Below are positions 49,468 to 60,317 of a DNA stretch of 64,000 nucleotides, one piece after another. The stretch lies in assembly GCA_050506795.1 (NCBI GenBank), contig JBJHCF010000022.1, positions 1 to 64,000 of the forward strand, written 5' to 3'. The translations under genes were made by a program, and so were the position numbers. Below the pieces are notes generated by a model. The model did not search any database. It was not told the origin of the DNA and saw nothing but the letters and a program-made list of their open reading frames with translations. Positions within the stretch are counted from its first letter, which is position 1. Every line of letters starts with the position of its first letter. Source of the stretch: Opitutia bacterium (GTDB lineage Bacteria; Verrucomicrobiota; Verrucomicrobiia; Opitutales; T3Sed10-336).

Positions 49468-50028
49468 TCACATCGACATCAACTCCGTTTCCTTGCGTTC
49501 GAAATGTTCGTCGATCTCCTTGATGTGTTTGTCGGTGAGGGTCTGGACCTCCTTTTCAAACCGCTTCAGGTCGTCCTCGGATATTTCGCCGTTTTTTTGT
49601 TCGCTCTTTAAGATTTCCAAGGCGTCCCGGCGTGCGTGACGAATGGATACGCGGCCCTCCTCGGCCAGGTTCTGAGCCACCTTGGTCAGTTCCTTACGGC
49701 GTTCACGGCTCAACTCGGGAATCGGCAGGCGAATGATGCCTCCGTCGGTCGCCGGGGTAATTCCGACCTTCGAAGTCTGGATTGCCTTTTCGATGTCCCT
49801 GATCACCGTTTTGTCCCAAGGCTGGATCTGGATGGTTCGGGCGTCGGGCGTAGTGATGGCGGCGACTTCCTTTAAGCGCATCTGACTGCCGTAAACCTCG
49901 ACCATGAGTCCTTCTACCATGGTCGGCGAGGCTTTGCCGGTGTGGAGGGCGCTGAATTCGCTCAACGTGTGATCGACCGCCTTTTTCATTTTGGCGATCA
50001 TGGATTTGATGGCGGAATGGTCGCTCAT
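49468..50028 (-). CDS. frr: Ribosome recycling factor
   Basis: TGKASP, IQPWD, IPELSRERRKEL, R.ARRDA. Confidence 0.97.
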   Translation of the reverse strand: MSDHSAIKSMIAKMKKAVDHTLSEFSALHTGKASPTMVEGLMVEVYGSQMRLKEVAAITTPDARTIQIQPWDKTVIRDIEKAIQTSKVGITPATDGGIIRLPIPELSRERRKELTKVAQNLAEEGRVSIRHARRDALEILKSEQKNGEISEDDLKRFEKEVQTLTDKHIKEIDEHFERKETELMSM

Positions 50029-50070
50029 AATCTATGAAGTTTCGGAGACGGATTCGATGACGGTCGCGGA

Positions 50071-50814
50071 TCAGAAATTATGCACCAGGGTGCCAATCTT
50101 CTCACCTTCCACCACCCGGCGGATGGCGTGTTCTTCGTTCATGTTGAAAACGATAATGGGTACATTGTTGTCGAGGCAAAGCGAAAAGGCGGTCGAGTCC
50201 ATCACGTTCAAGCGCTGCTTGAGGGCGGAAATAAAGGAGAGCTCCTCGTAGCGCACGGCATCTTCGTGGGAAGCCGGATCCTTGTCGTAGACGCCGTCGA
50301 CTTTGGTGGCCTTGAGCAGGACCTGGGCGCCGATCTCACTGGCCCGCAGGGCGGCGGTGGTATCGGTGGAGAAATAGGGGTTGCCGGTGCCGGATACAAA
50401 TATGACCACCCGTCCTTTTTCCAGATGTCGAACGGCCCGGCGCAGGATAAAGGGCTCCGCCAGTTGATTCATGGGAATGGAGCTCATGACCCGGGTGACC
50501 ACCCCCATTTTTTCCAGGCAGTCCATGAAGGCCAGGCCGTTGATGACGGTGGCCAGCATTCCCATATAGTCGCCGGTGGTGCGGTCCACGCCCCGGCCCT
50601 GTCCGGCGAGGCCGCGAAAAATGTTGCCGCCGCCGATGACGACGCCGATTTCGATGCCCATTTCGTAGATTTCTTTTATCTGGCAGCTGATGCTCTCGAG
50701 GATATCCGGATCGATGGCTTCGCCGCCGCTGGGGCTGCGAAGGACTTCGCCACTCAACTTCAGGATGATCCGGCGGTAGCGGACGGAGGACATTGCGCTG
50801 GTGTCTGGCTGCAT
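50071..50814 (-). CDS. pyrH: UMP kinase (start 50814 or 50793)
   Basis: [36 protein letters not shown]. Confidence 0.97.
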   Translation of the reverse strand: MQPDTSAMSSVRYRRIILKLSGEVLRSPSGGEAIDPDILESISCQIKEIYEMGIEIGVVIGGGNIFRGLAGQGRGVDRTTGDYMGMLATVINGLAFMDCLEKMGVVTRVMSSIPMNQLAEPFILRRAVRHLEKGRVVIFVSGTGNPYFSTDTTAALRASEIGAQVLLKATKVDGVYDKDPASHEDAVRYEELSFISALKQRLNVMDSTAFSLCLDNNVPIIVFNMNEEHAIRRVVEGEKIGTLVHNF

Positions 50815-50918
50815 CAAGCCGATTATGTAGAGCGACTTTGGAAAGAGAGTCAACTCTCGCGGCACGGTTAAACGATCGCGAACGGCCGATTTCCGGTCGC
50901 CGCCGGCCAGCCAGCCGT

Positions 50919-51749
50919 TCACACGGGCCGGCGACCGGGTTCGGGGCCGGTGTCGGGAACGATCTTTTTCAACGCCTTCCTGGTCCTGGCAAAGGCTTCC
51001 ACGGGTTTGAGCGGCCAGATTTCAACAGGCAGGCATTCGGCGTGGTGGAGCAGGGGTGGGTCTTCGGGTTGGGGGAGGTGATGCGACGGCAGAAGGTCGG
51101 AGTGAAACTCTTCCAGTTCAGCCTCTTGCAGTGTCCAGGGCTGGTGATGAATCCGGCAACGGTAGAGCCGTCCGCGGTGTTCGGTGTAAAGACAATAGCG
51201 TTCTGTAAGAAAGAAGGCCAGCGATCCCGGTTCGGACGCCGGGACGGGGGAGCCGGGTCGCCAGCGCGCCAGGAATTCGGCCGAAGGGGCGTTTTCGTGG
51301 TTGCGACGCGATCGATAGGTGATCCGGCCGGAATCTTCGGACAGAGAAATCTCCGCGGAAAAATAGGGCAGGTGGTAGAAGCGCCTGGCGGCCCAGACGG
51401 CCAGCGGTTTGGAGGCATCGAGGGAAAAGAAGTACACTCCCGGAATTCCGTCGCGGTGAACGTAGGTGCGCACGTTCAGTTCGTGAAAGGCGCTGAGTCC
51501 CGGCAGGGCTGGCGTGAGCACCGTCCGGATGTCCCACATGGTAAAGGGCACCAAGCCGATCCAGGCTTCGCCGTTGAAGGTGTCGATCGAAAGGGATTCG
51601 GGAACCAGCGAACGCAGACGAGCGGCGGGAATGGGCCAGTGCATGAAAAGCAGCTTGCCCCATTTCTGGCGCATTACCGGGAAACCGCGGGGCCTCGTCC
51701 TGATGCTGATCCGATCCATGTCGGTTGGCTCATCCGGAGTTCCCGCCAC
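50919..51749 (-). CDS. DUF2071 / YqjF family protein
   Basis: [36 protein letters not shown]. Confidence 0.9.
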   Translation of the reverse strand: MAGTPDEPTDMDRISIRTRPRGFPVMRQKWGKLLFMHWPIPAARLRSLVPESLSIDTFNGEAWIGLVPFTMWDIRTVLTPALPGLSAFHELNVRTYVHRDGIPGVYFFSLDASKPLAVWAARRFYHLPYFSAEISLSEDSGRITYRSRRNHENAPSAEFLARWRPGSPVPASEPGSLAFFLTERYCLYTEHRGRLYRCRIHHQPWTLQEAELEEFHSDLLPSHHLPQPEDPPLLHHAECLPVEIWPLKPVEAFARTRKALKKIVPDTGPEPGRRPV

Positions 51750-51767
51750 AACCGGACGCGCGGGAAA

Positions 51768-52517
51768 TTACCGTCCCTGTTGTTGCGGTTGGTTCATGCT
51801 GCGGTAGCGAAGGGTGGCGATGATCGCGCCGCGGTCGATGCCCTCGAAGTCGGGGATGTTTTCCACCTCGCGCTGGGTCAATTGTACCAGCACCTGCATT
51901 TCCTCCTGAAGTTCCTGCCTGCGTTCCCGAAGACGCTGGAATTCCGGGGAATCGTGGTCGGTCGTGGTCCACAGACCCTGGCGTATGTCCTGGAATTCCT
52001 GGTAATATTCGCTGATGTGTTCGTCGATGGCACGAAGGCGCGGATTCTGCCGGGAATGGGTGTCCCAGGTGTTCAGGATATATTGCATGCGCTCTTCGGG
52101 GTTGCGTTGTTCTTCGCGTACTCCGCCATAGGCCGGCCGCAGTCCGGAGGTCGCGGCCCCGGTTGGTTCCTCGGTGCTCATGGGGACGATTTCCGCATCG
52201 CTCAGACCGATGCGCCGCGTCCGGTCTCCGTACCGAGCCACGATCTGGTTGGTTTCCCTCGAGTACTCGATCACCTGAACCCCGTGGCGGGTCTCGTTCA
52301 GGTAAATCCAGAAACTGAGATCCCGGACCGGATCGCGCAGGCTGAATTGGGGGCGGCCCCCGATGGAGAAAACGCTGCGGAGTTCCAGATTGTTGAGAAC
52401 GTCGCCGCCACTGGAGCGGGCGGGCTGAGCATCCGCGATCAGTGCGGGAATTGTCATCAGCACACCGAACAGGGCGGCGATTCGACCGAGATTCAGTAAT
52501 GAAGTGTGCAGGCGCAT
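51768..52517 (-). CDS. Hypothetical exported protein; N-domain resembles the GspC/PilP HR beta-domain, C-terminal helical region
   Basis: Signal peptide; LELRSVFSIGGRPQFSL.D....FW; charged helical C-terminus. Confidence 0.6.
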   Translation of the reverse strand: MRLHTSLLNLGRIAALFGVLMTIPALIADAQPARSSGGDVLNNLELRSVFSIGGRPQFSLRDPVRDLSFWIYLNETRHGVQVIEYSRETNQIVARYGDRTRRIGLSDAEIVPMSTEEPTGAATSGLRPAYGGVREEQRNPEERMQYILNTWDTHSRQNPRLRAIDEHISEYYQEFQDIRQGLWTTTDHDSPEFQRLRERRQELQEEMQVLVQLTQREVENIPDFEGIDRGAIIATLRYRSMNQPQQQGR

Positions 52518-52659
52518 AGCGGTGTGAAACCAGTGAAATCCACTTTCACCCGATACTTTACTTGAAATCGGTCGAAAATGCCATGGCTTTTTTGAGTCAT
52601 GACACTTGTTTTCGACCGGCAAGTCTGGTTTGATCCGGAAAAGGACTCGAAGTGAAACC

Positions 52660-53535
52660 ATGAGAGATATCCTGGAAACACCCCGTCTGGGGCTCGCGGC
52701 GGCGACAGCGGTGGCCACGTTGGTTGGGCTGGCCATCGGTTGGGGCTTGAGCACTCTGACACGGGAGGAACAGGAGGTTTCCGGGTTAAACGACCTGCCG
52801 GAATTCGCCCCACCCGAGGAATCCGATCATTCCTCGCCGCAGGATCTGGATTACGCCGCCATGTTGGAGGCGTTCGCCGCCGCGGGGATACGGATCGTTC
52901 CGGAAAGCCTGTTGGAACGACTGGACGCGCCGGCGGTGGGTGCGGACGGTCGTTTGACCGAACCTCTGATCGATGCATTACTCTTGAGTGAGACGGAAGC
53001 GGAAGAATTGAACCGGGCTCTGGCGGAAACCGAGATCCGTTTGCGGATGATAGAACTCGATCGCCTGCAGGTGGTTGAGCGTTCGGCCGACCGGTTGCTG
53101 GTTCGCATTGAAGCGTATCGCGACGAGGGAGTCGGGGTCGAACGAATGCTGCGCGAGCGTATTGCCGCGGCCATCGGACAGATCGACGGGGAGCTTTTCT
53201 GGAATCTGATGACCCGCGAATTGCCGTCGACCGGAATGGATTACTGGGGGGGCTTTGGACGCGAGTCGGTGGCGGCGTTATTTGAAAGAGAAATCATCGA
53301 CGAGGACGACAACGGGCAAACGGTGGAAATCCGTTTTGGCCTGCGTCCGCTCGAACCGGAGGCGGGCTACCCTGAGATTGCCCGCGACGACGAGGCGGAT
53401 GGCGTGATCCGATTACGGGTGGGCGAGGGGAGTTCCCCTCCGGACAATGCCTGGGTGATGCTGACCGGTCGCTACGCTTACCTTCACCAGTTTTTACCCC
53501 CGGGTTGGGAGCTCTACTTTCCGCCGCAATCATGA
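52660..53535 (+). CDS. Hypothetical membrane-anchored protein (paralog A)
   Basis: N-terminal TM segment; shares motifs with the next gene. Confidence 0.7.
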   Translation: MRDILETPRLGLAAATAVATLVGLAIGWGLSTLTREEQEVSGLNDLPEFAPPEESDHSSPQDLDYAAMLEAFAAAGIRIVPESLLERLDAPAVGADGRLTEPLIDALLLSETEAEELNRALAETEIRLRMIELDRLQVVERSADRLLVRIEAYRDEGVGVERMLRERIAAAIGQIDGELFWNLMTRELPSTGMDYWGGFGRESVAALFEREIIDEDDNGQTVEIRFGLRPLEPEAGYPEIARDDEADGVIRLRVGEGSSPPDNAWVMLTGRYAYLHQFLPPGWELYFPPQS

Positions 53536-54449
53536 AAACGGACGTCACGGATAAATCCACCAGCGAGGCGGGTCGGGGAAAACGCGAGTTTTTTGTGGTC
53601 GTGGCCGCCGGCCTGTTGATCGGAATCCTGCTGGGGTGGTGGGGCGAACGCACGGCGCGAGGAGGGATCGAACGCGCGGATCCGGTCGTCGGCGAGGTGC
53701 GGGAACCGGTCGACCTTGTTCCGGAAGACGACGGCGACCGCCTGATGCGCGCCTGGATGGAAAGTCTGGCCGGCATGGGCCGCCGGGTCGTGCCGGAGCG
53801 TACCGTGGTCCGCCTGGCGATTCGTCCCCTGACCGAGGCCGGCGAGGTGAGCCACGCCTGCCGGGAGTTATTCCTGCTAACCTCCGAGGAGACGGATCGG
53901 GTCAACGGGCTGATTGCAGAAATGGAGGAGAGATTGTTATTGGCGGAAATGATGCACCTGGAGATTCTGGATATGAGTGACCATGAAGCCGTGTTTCTGA
54001 TACCCGTGCTCGACGAAGGCGTGGAGATCGAGCACACCTTGAGGGACGGGCTGCTGGAGATCCTGGGCGAAGCCGATGGAAACCTCTTTTGGGCCCTGTT
54101 GCAGGCCCGTGAAAGGGAGGGTTTTCCGGATCGCTGGCGGGGGTTTGGGCAACGGGAGCGGGAGATTGTCTTTTCGCTGAGCGATGGAGACCCGAGGGAG
54201 TTTTCCGCGGATCCGGTTCCGGGGGAGGTTGTGGGGTGGTTGCGCTACGCGGAGCGGGTTTCGGACGATCCTTTGTGGTTTAGCGATAGCACCGCCGTGC
54301 CCCGGGTCGAGGTCAAACGGGTCAGGCCGTTGCTACTGGAGAACGAGTCGGACGGGGAAGGCGAATCCCGGTTTTTCGATCCTCGCCGGGAGCGGTACGG
54401 CTTCCTGGTACCGCTCCTTCCGGATCCCCTCAGGCCTTACTTTCAGTAG
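53532..54449 (+). CDS. Hypothetical membrane-anchored protein (paralog B)
   Basis: N-terminal TM segment; ATGA overlap; shared DGxLFWxL...WxGFG...RY motifs. Confidence 0.7.
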   Translation: MKTDVTDKSTSEAGRGKREFFVVVAAGLLIGILLGWWGERTARGGIERADPVVGEVREPVDLVPEDDGDRLMRAWMESLAGMGRRVVPERTVVRLAIRPLTEAGEVSHACRELFLLTSEETDRVNGLIAEMEERLLLAEMMHLEILDMSDHEAVFLIPVLDEGVEIEHTLRDGLLEILGEADGNLFWALLQAREREGFPDRWRGFGQREREIVFSLSDGDPREFSADPVPGEVVGWLRYAERVSDDPLWFSDSTAVPRVEVKRVRPLLLENESDGEGESRFFDPRRERYGFLVPLLPDPLRPYFQ

Positions 54450-54523
54450 CGTTCCCGACCGGGACGAGGGTGGGGGAAACAGTGCTTGATTCGGGACGGG
54501 GCGCTCGCCAGATTCGACCTTTT

Positions 54524-56071
54524 ATGCGGTCCACCATTTCAGAGCAACCCTTGCTGCAGGCACGCGGAATAGGCAAAGCATTCGGTGTGGTGCGAGTGCT
54601 GGAGCGGGTGGATTTCGACCTCCGCGCCGGAGAGGTACACTCGCTCCTGGGGGAGAACGGTGCGGGTAAATCGACCTTGCTCAAGATTATCGGGGGCGTG
54701 CATCGGGCCGATCAGGGGGAGTTGGTGTACCGGGGGGAACCGGTGACCATTGATCATCCGCAAAAGGCTCGCGAACTGGGTATTGCTTTGATTCACCAGG
54801 AGCCGCTGACCTTTCCCGATCTCGATGTGGCGGAGAATATTTTTCTGGGGCACGGCGCCACCTGGATGTCGCGTTTTTTCCCGATCAGGTGGAAAGACCG
54901 ATACCGTGAGGCCCGTCGCTTGCTCGACGAACTGGGGGTGCGTCTCGACCCCCGTGCCCGGGTACACGGTCTTTCCACGGCGGACCAACAAATGGTGGAA
55001 ATGGCCGGAGCACTGTCGCAGAACGCCCGCATCCTGCTCATGGACGAGCCCACCGCCTCGCTGACGCCGGAGGAAACCCGGGAACTGTTCCGCATCGTTC
55101 AGCGGCTGCGCGAGCAGGGAACCGCCATTGTGTTCATTAGTCACCGGCTTGAGGAGGTCTTCTCCTTGTCCGATCGCATCACCGTTCTCCGCGACGGAGA
55201 ATTCGTCGCCACCCGCCGGAAGGAGGAAACGTCCGTTGAGGAAGTCATTCGTATGATGGTGGGACGTCCTCTGGGGAAATTCTACGAACGCGACGAGGCC
55301 ATACCGGGGAAATCCCTGTTGAAGGTCGAGAACCTCGGTCGCGGTCGCAGGTTTTCCGGGGTGTCCTTCGAGGTACGGGCCGGCGAGATCGTGGGCATGG
55401 CAGGCCTGGTCGGGGCCGGCCGGACCGATGTCGCTGCGGCCATTTTCGGCATCCGCCCGGCCGATACGGGAAAAATCGAGATCCGCGGCGAGGCGGTGAG
55501 GATCGACAATCCCGCGCAGGCCATTCGCCTGAAACTGGCCTATGTGCCGGAGGACCGGCAGCATCACGGTTTGGTGCTGCCGTTTTCAGTGGCCAGAAAC
55601 GTCACCATGGCCAGCCTGCGGCGCCTGTTTCCCCGGGGGTGGCTGCGTCCGCCGCGGGAAAAGGAACTGGCGGAAGATTACCGCAAACGCCTTTCCATCA
55701 ATCTGCGCGATACCTCCCAGCCGGCCTGGGAACTGTCCGGAGGAAATCAGCAAAAGGTGGTGCTTTCCAAGTGGCTGGTTACGGAACCGGAAATTCTGAT
55801 ACTGGATGAGCCCACTCGCGGCATCGATGTCGGGGCCAAACAAGAGGTGCACCACCTCATGGGAGAACTTTGCCGCCAGGGGAAGGCGGTCCTGATGATC
55901 TCCTCGGACCTCCCCGAGGTCCTGGCTTTGAGCGATCGCATCCTGGTGATGCGGGAAGGGCGATTGACCGGGCATTTCCGGCGTGAGGACGCGACCGCGG
56001 AGAATGTGATGGCGGCGGCGACGGGTCAGTCCCTGCCCGGCGAAAATGGAACACCGGTTTCATCCGGGTAA
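54524..56071 (+). CDS. Sugar ABC transporter ATP-binding protein (CUT2, RhaT/RbsA-like)
   Basis: GENGAGKS, DEPT twice, LSGGNQQK. Confidence 0.95.
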   Translation: MRSTISEQPLLQARGIGKAFGVVRVLERVDFDLRAGEVHSLLGENGAGKSTLLKIIGGVHRADQGELVYRGEPVTIDHPQKARELGIALIHQEPLTFPDLDVAENIFLGHGATWMSRFFPIRWKDRYREARRLLDELGVRLDPRARVHGLSTADQQMVEMAGALSQNARILLMDEPTASLTPEETRELFRIVQRLREQGTAIVFISHRLEEVFSLSDRITVLRDGEFVATRRKEETSVEEVIRMMVGRPLGKFYERDEAIPGKSLLKVENLGRGRRFSGVSFEVRAGEIVGMAGLVGAGRTDVAAAIFGIRPADTGKIEIRGEAVRIDNPAQAIRLKLAYVPEDRQHHGLVLPFSVARNVTMASLRRLFPRGWLRPPREKELAEDYRKRLSINLRDTSQPAWELSGGNQQKVVLSKWLVTEPEILILDEPTRGIDVGAKQEVHHLMGELCRQGKAVLMISSDLPEVLALSDRILVMREGRLTGHFRREDATAENVMAAATGQSLPGENGTPVSSG

Positions 56072-56084
56072 TGCGATCGGAACC

Positions 56085-57119
56085 ATGAGCGATAAGAGCG
56101 AGGTGATTGAAGACGAAGTTTCCCGGGGACGTTCTGTGGCTGCGACCATACTGCGTTTTCGCGAACTCGGCATCGCCTTTTTTGTGTTGTTGATTGTCGC
56201 GGTGGCGGCGCTCAAGGAGCCGCGATTCATCGATCCCGCCAATCTGCGGAATATTCTTCTCTATATTCCTCTGATTCTCATCGTGGCCATGGGACAGATG
56301 ATGGTGATTGTCAGCCGCAACATCGATTTGTCCGTCGGTTCCACCCTCGCCTTCAGCGCCATCGTCATCGGCTACCTGTTTGTGAATCAACCCGACTTTC
56401 CCATCTGGCTGGCGGCCGTTCTGGCCGTACTGATCGGAGCGGCCCTGGGGGCGGTCAACGGGGCGCTGGTGGCCTGGGTGGGGATTCCGGCAATCATCGT
56501 GACCCTGGGGACCATGAGCGTTTATCGAGGCATGGTTTTCATTTACAGCGGCGGACGGCAGGTCAGTGGCGCCGACCTGCCCGAGGACCTGATCGATCTC
56601 GCCCGGACGTCACCGGTTTTCGGCATCCCCTGGATTCTTATCCTGGCCCTGATCGTGGTGATCCTGGCGTATTTGTTTTTGCGTTACACCGAAACGGGAC
56701 GCGAGATCTACGCCATTGGCAGCAATCCGCGGGCGGCTGAACTGCGCGGCATTCCGGTCAAACTGAACCTTTTTCTCGTGTTCACGATCTGCGGCGCCCT
56801 GGCCGGACTGGCGGGAATTCTTTTTGCATCGCGGTTCGGTTACGTCAATCCCGCCAACACCGGGGTGAACTTCGAATTGATTGTCATTTCCGCCGCCATT
56901 ATCGGGGGGGCCAACGTTTTCGGAGGCTCGGGAACGGTACTGGGCACCGTGTTCGGGTGCCTTTTGATCGGGGTGATTCACAACGCGCTGTCGGTGCTCG
57001 GGATCTCCGGGTTCTGGCAGACCGCCATTTACGGACTCGCCATTATCCTGGCGGTGGCGCTGGACGCCGTTCTGCAACGCAGGCTGGGCAAGCGAAAGGA
57101 AGGAGGGGGGCTGCTGTGA
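56085..57119 (+). CDS. Sugar ABC transporter permease (RhaP/RbsC-like)
   Basis: NIDLSVGS, IIVTLGT, GREIYAIGSN. Confidence 0.93.
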   Translation: MSDKSEVIEDEVSRGRSVAATILRFRELGIAFFVLLIVAVAALKEPRFIDPANLRNILLYIPLILIVAMGQMMVIVSRNIDLSVGSTLAFSAIVIGYLFVNQPDFPIWLAAVLAVLIGAALGAVNGALVAWVGIPAIIVTLGTMSVYRGMVFIYSGGRQVSGADLPEDLIDLARTSPVFGIPWILILALIVVILAYLFLRYTETGREIYAIGSNPRAAELRGIPVKLNLFLVFTICGALAGLAGILFASRFGYVNPANTGVNFELIVISAAIIGGANVFGGSGTVLGTVFGCLLIGVIHNALSVLGISGFWQTAIYGLAIILAVALDAVLQRRLGKRKEGGGLL

Positions 57120-58090
57120 TCAAAGCTTCGTTCTGGAGACGGCTTTTGTCGGGGGTCGCGCGGTACCCGGAGTGCGTCACCTTTCTCTTCCTGGTGGCGG
57201 CGTTTGTGGTGAGCGCCCGGTTGTCACCGTTCTTTCTCGATGTTTTCTACATCTTCGACTCGACGTCATATTACGTCGAAATCGGCATCCTGGCCCTGGC
57301 GATGACTTTTGTCATCATCACCGGCAACATCGACCTTTCGGTGGCTTCGGGCCTGGCGCTGGTGGCGATCGTGACGGCCATGCTGCACGTGCAGTTGGGC
57401 TTGCCCATGGAGATTGTTATTGTGCTGTCGCTCGGGTTCGGCGCGCTGCTGGGTTTGTTTAACGGGTTGCTGGTGGTGAAGCTGGGATTGCCTTCGCTGG
57501 CGGTTACCCTGGGCACTCTCGCCTTGTTCCGCGGCGCCGCCCAGATCCTGGCCGGCGATCATTCGATTTCCGGGTTTCCGGATTGGTTTATTGGAGCGGA
57601 TTTCGTGCGGTTCGGCGGTATCATCCCATTGCCGCTGATGGTCTTTATCGGGTTGGCGGCAATTTTCGGGCTGGTGTTGCATAAGACGGTGTTCGGAAGG
57701 TACCTCTACGCCATCGGCGCCAACGAGGCGGCGGCCCGTTACGCGGGTCTGCCGGTGGACCGGGTGAAATTGGCTGTATTTGTCATTTCCGGTCTCATGA
57801 TGGCGGTTGGCGCGCTCCTAATGGTTTCCCGGCTGAGTGTCGCGCGCTACGACCTGGCCCTGGGATGGGAGTTGGCGGTCGTCACCACGGTCGTTCTGGG
57901 CGGCGTGCATATCTACGGCGGACGCGGCGGCATTATCGGCGTGGTGCTGGCGCTCTTTGTGATCGGATTTCTCCGCACCGGCATGGGCGTCGCCAACATT
58001 CCGCAGGAGAATCAACTCGTGGTCATCGGGCTTTTGCTGTTGGTTGCGGTCGGCCTGGGAATCCTGCTGGAGCGGTTTCGCAGAAACTGA
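57116..58090 (+). CDS. Sugar ABC transporter permease (RhaQ-like)
   Basis: IDLSVAS, VTLGTL, GRYLYAIGAN; GTGA overlap. Confidence 0.93.
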   Translation: MIKASFWRRLLSGVARYPECVTFLFLVAAFVVSARLSPFFLDVFYIFDSTSYYVEIGILALAMTFVIITGNIDLSVASGLALVAIVTAMLHVQLGLPMEIVIVLSLGFGALLGLFNGLLVVKLGLPSLAVTLGTLALFRGAAQILAGDHSISGFPDWFIGADFVRFGGIIPLPLMVFIGLAAIFGLVLHKTVFGRYLYAIGANEAAARYAGLPVDRVKLAVFVISGLMMAVGALLMVSRLSVARYDLALGWELAVVTTVVLGGVHIYGGRGGIIGVVLALFVIGFLRTGMGVANIPQENQLVVIGLLLLVAVGLGILLERFRRN

Positions 58091-58142
58091 CTTGTTTTAC
58101 TTCGTGACAATACCCGCGGAAAAACGGTATTAGGTTATTTCC

Positions 58143-58541
58143 ATGTTGCAGAACGGTATACTCAACCCCGGCCTCCTCAGCCTGTTGGCGAGGGTTCGTC
58201 ACACCAACCGATTGGTGATCGCTGATTGGGCGTTTCCCTATTGGCCGGATCTGGAGGTCGTGGACCTCTCTTTGGTTAAAGGCATTCCGACGGTGCCGGA
58301 TGTGCTCGAGGCCCTGTCCCCGAATTTCAAAATTGGGGGAATTTGGCAGGCCGAGGAGTTTTTGGCGGAGAATCCACGGGAAACGATCACGCGCTTCGAC
58401 ACCTGTTTCGGCCGGTATCCCGAGGCTCGGATCACCCGGCTTCCGCACCTGAAGTTCAAGGAAATGGTGCCGGCAGCGATCGGCCTGGTGCGCACCGGAG
58501 ATCCCACCGCCTATGGCAACGTCATCCTGGAATCGGTCTGA
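58143..58541 (+). CDS. RbsD/FucU family mutarotase/pyranase
   Basis: GILNP...RHTN.LVIAD, RTGD...YGNVIL. Confidence 0.9.
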   Translation: MLQNGILNPGLLSLLARVRHTNRLVIADWAFPYWPDLEVVDLSLVKGIPTVPDVLEALSPNFKIGGIWQAEEFLAENPRETITRFDTCFGRYPEARITRLPHLKFKEMVPAAIGLVRTGDPTAYGNVILESV

Positions 58542-58545
58542 GTCC

Positions 58546-59364
58546 ATGAGGAGCGCCGTTACCGTCTGTCAGGTTCCCGAAGCGTCGGCCGGGCCCTTTG
58601 TATTGCACGATCCGTTGCCGGACGCGTTTGCGAAGGCGGCCTCGTACGGATTCGACGCGGTTGAGCTCTTTCTTCCATCGGCGGACGATGTTCCGGTTGA
58701 CCGGATTAAGGAACTGACCGAAACACATGCAATCGGAATCGCGGCCGTAGGCACGGGCGCCGGCATGGTCCGCGAGAAGCTCTCACTTACTGACCCGTCT
58801 CCGCTGCGACGGTCGGAGGCGCTCGAGTTCGTGTTGCGGTTTATTGCGTTCGCCGGACAACTCGGGGCGCCCGCGATTCTGGGTTCGATGCAGGGCGCGT
58901 GGAACCGGGAGGTTTCCAAGGCGGAGGCGCTGAAATTCCTGGAACAGGCCCTGCGACGCTGCGGAGAGGAAGCGCGCCGCTTCGGAGTACCCTTTATTTA
59001 CGAGCCTTTAAACCGGTATGAAACGAACTTGATCAATCGTCTGGAGGACGGCAGGCGCTTCCTCGAGGAGAACGGTCTGGCGAATGTCCTTCTGCTGGCC
59101 GATCTTTTTCATATGAACATCGAGGAATCCAGCCTGCCGGGCGCGCTGCGCGAATCGGGGGCGGCGATCGGGCACGTGCACTTTGCCGATTCCAACCGGC
59201 GGGCGATGGGGCTCGGGCACACCGATCCCGTCCCGGTGATAGAGGCGCTGAGGGAAATCGGATATGACGGGTATTTGTCCGCTGAAATTTTTCCGCTTCC
59301 CGATTCCGACACCGCGTGCCGTCAGACCATCGATCAAATACACCGTCTGAATATTACCAAATGA
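58546..59364 (+). CDS. TIM-barrel keto-sugar epimerase (IolO-like)
   Basis: EPLNRYET, DLFHMNIEE, HFADSNR, SAE. Confidence 0.85.
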   Translation: MRSAVTVCQVPEASAGPFVLHDPLPDAFAKAASYGFDAVELFLPSADDVPVDRIKELTETHAIGIAAVGTGAGMVREKLSLTDPSPLRRSEALEFVLRFIAFAGQLGAPAILGSMQGAWNREVSKAEALKFLEQALRRCGEEARRFGVPFIYEPLNRYETNLINRLEDGRRFLEENGLANVLLLADLFHMNIEESSLPGALRESGAAIGHVHFADSNRRAMGLGHTDPVPVIEALREIGYDGYLSAEIFPLPDSDTACRQTIDQIHRLNITK

Positions 59365-60293
59365 AAACGAGACCGCTTGGAAGTACCGGGCTTCACCTGC
59401 CCATTCTCTCATACGGAGCCTCCTCCCTCGGACAGGAATTCGGCCCGGTGCAATTGGAAAAGGCGCTGGAATCGGTGCGGGTGGCACTCGATTCGGGGAT
59501 CAACCTGATCGACACGTCTCCGTATTACGGACGAGGAATGTCCGAGGTGCTTGTGGGCATCGCTTTGCGCGACGTTCCCCGCGACTCCTACCTCCTGTGT
59601 TCGAAAATGGGACGCTATTCCGAACGACATTTTGATTTCTCGGCCAGACGGGTGGAGGAATCGATTCATGTCACTCTGCATCGGCTTGGCACGGACTATC
59701 TCGATATTCTGCTGCTGCACGACGTGGAGTTCGTTCCTTTGAATCAGATTTGGGAGGAGACCATTCCGGCGGCAATGAAGCTGAAAGCGGAGGGCAAGGT
59801 GCGCGCGGTCGGGTTTTCCTGTTATCCGATGAAGTGCTTTCATCAAGTCCTTGATCATGCCGACGTTGATTGCATCCTCTCCTACAACAACTATACGCTG
59901 CAAAACACATCGCTGGCAGATGAGTTAATGCCAAGATTGCGGGAGAAAGGAATTGGGATAATGAGCGCGGGACCGTTCTCGGCCCGGCTTCTCACCAACC
60001 AGCCGTTGCCCGATTGGTTGTTGGAGCCCGAGGAAGTAAAGGCAGCCGCCCGGGACGCCGCCAGGCATTGCGCGGATCGCGGCGTCGATATCGCGAAGTT
60101 GGCTCTTCAGTTCGCGGTTGAGCACGAGGCCATCGCGACCACGGTGGCCGGTTCGGCGAATCCGGAGAACATTCGCCGGTGGGTCGAGTGGATCGAGCAA
60201 CCGATGGATCACACGTTGTTGGAGGAAGTTCGGGAGATCTTTCGCCCGGTCAGGAATATCGGGCACGTGTCGGGATTGCCCGAGAATAATTGA
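59361..60293 (+). CDS. Aldo/keto reductase (L-galactose/L-fucose dehydrogenase-like)
   Basis: GASSLG, DTSPYYG.G.SE, K.GRY, HDVEF. Confidence 0.88.
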   Translation: MKTRPLGSTGLHLPILSYGASSLGQEFGPVQLEKALESVRVALDSGINLIDTSPYYGRGMSEVLVGIALRDVPRDSYLLCSKMGRYSERHFDFSARRVEESIHVTLHRLGTDYLDILLLHDVEFVPLNQIWEETIPAAMKLKAEGKVRAVGFSCYPMKCFHQVLDHADVDCILSYNNYTLQNTSLADELMPRLREKGIGIMSAGPFSARLLTNQPLPDWLLEPEEVKAAARDAARHCADRGVDIAKLALQFAVEHEAIATTVAGSANPENIRRWVEWIEQPMDHTLLEEVREIFRPVRNIGHVSGLPENN

Positions 60294-60317
60294 GTTTACC
60301 GACAAGGAGATGAATCA

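Noticed and set aside
50793..52499. 568-aa + strand ORF
   Set aside because: Antisense to DUF2071 and the exported hypothetical protein; shadow ORF.
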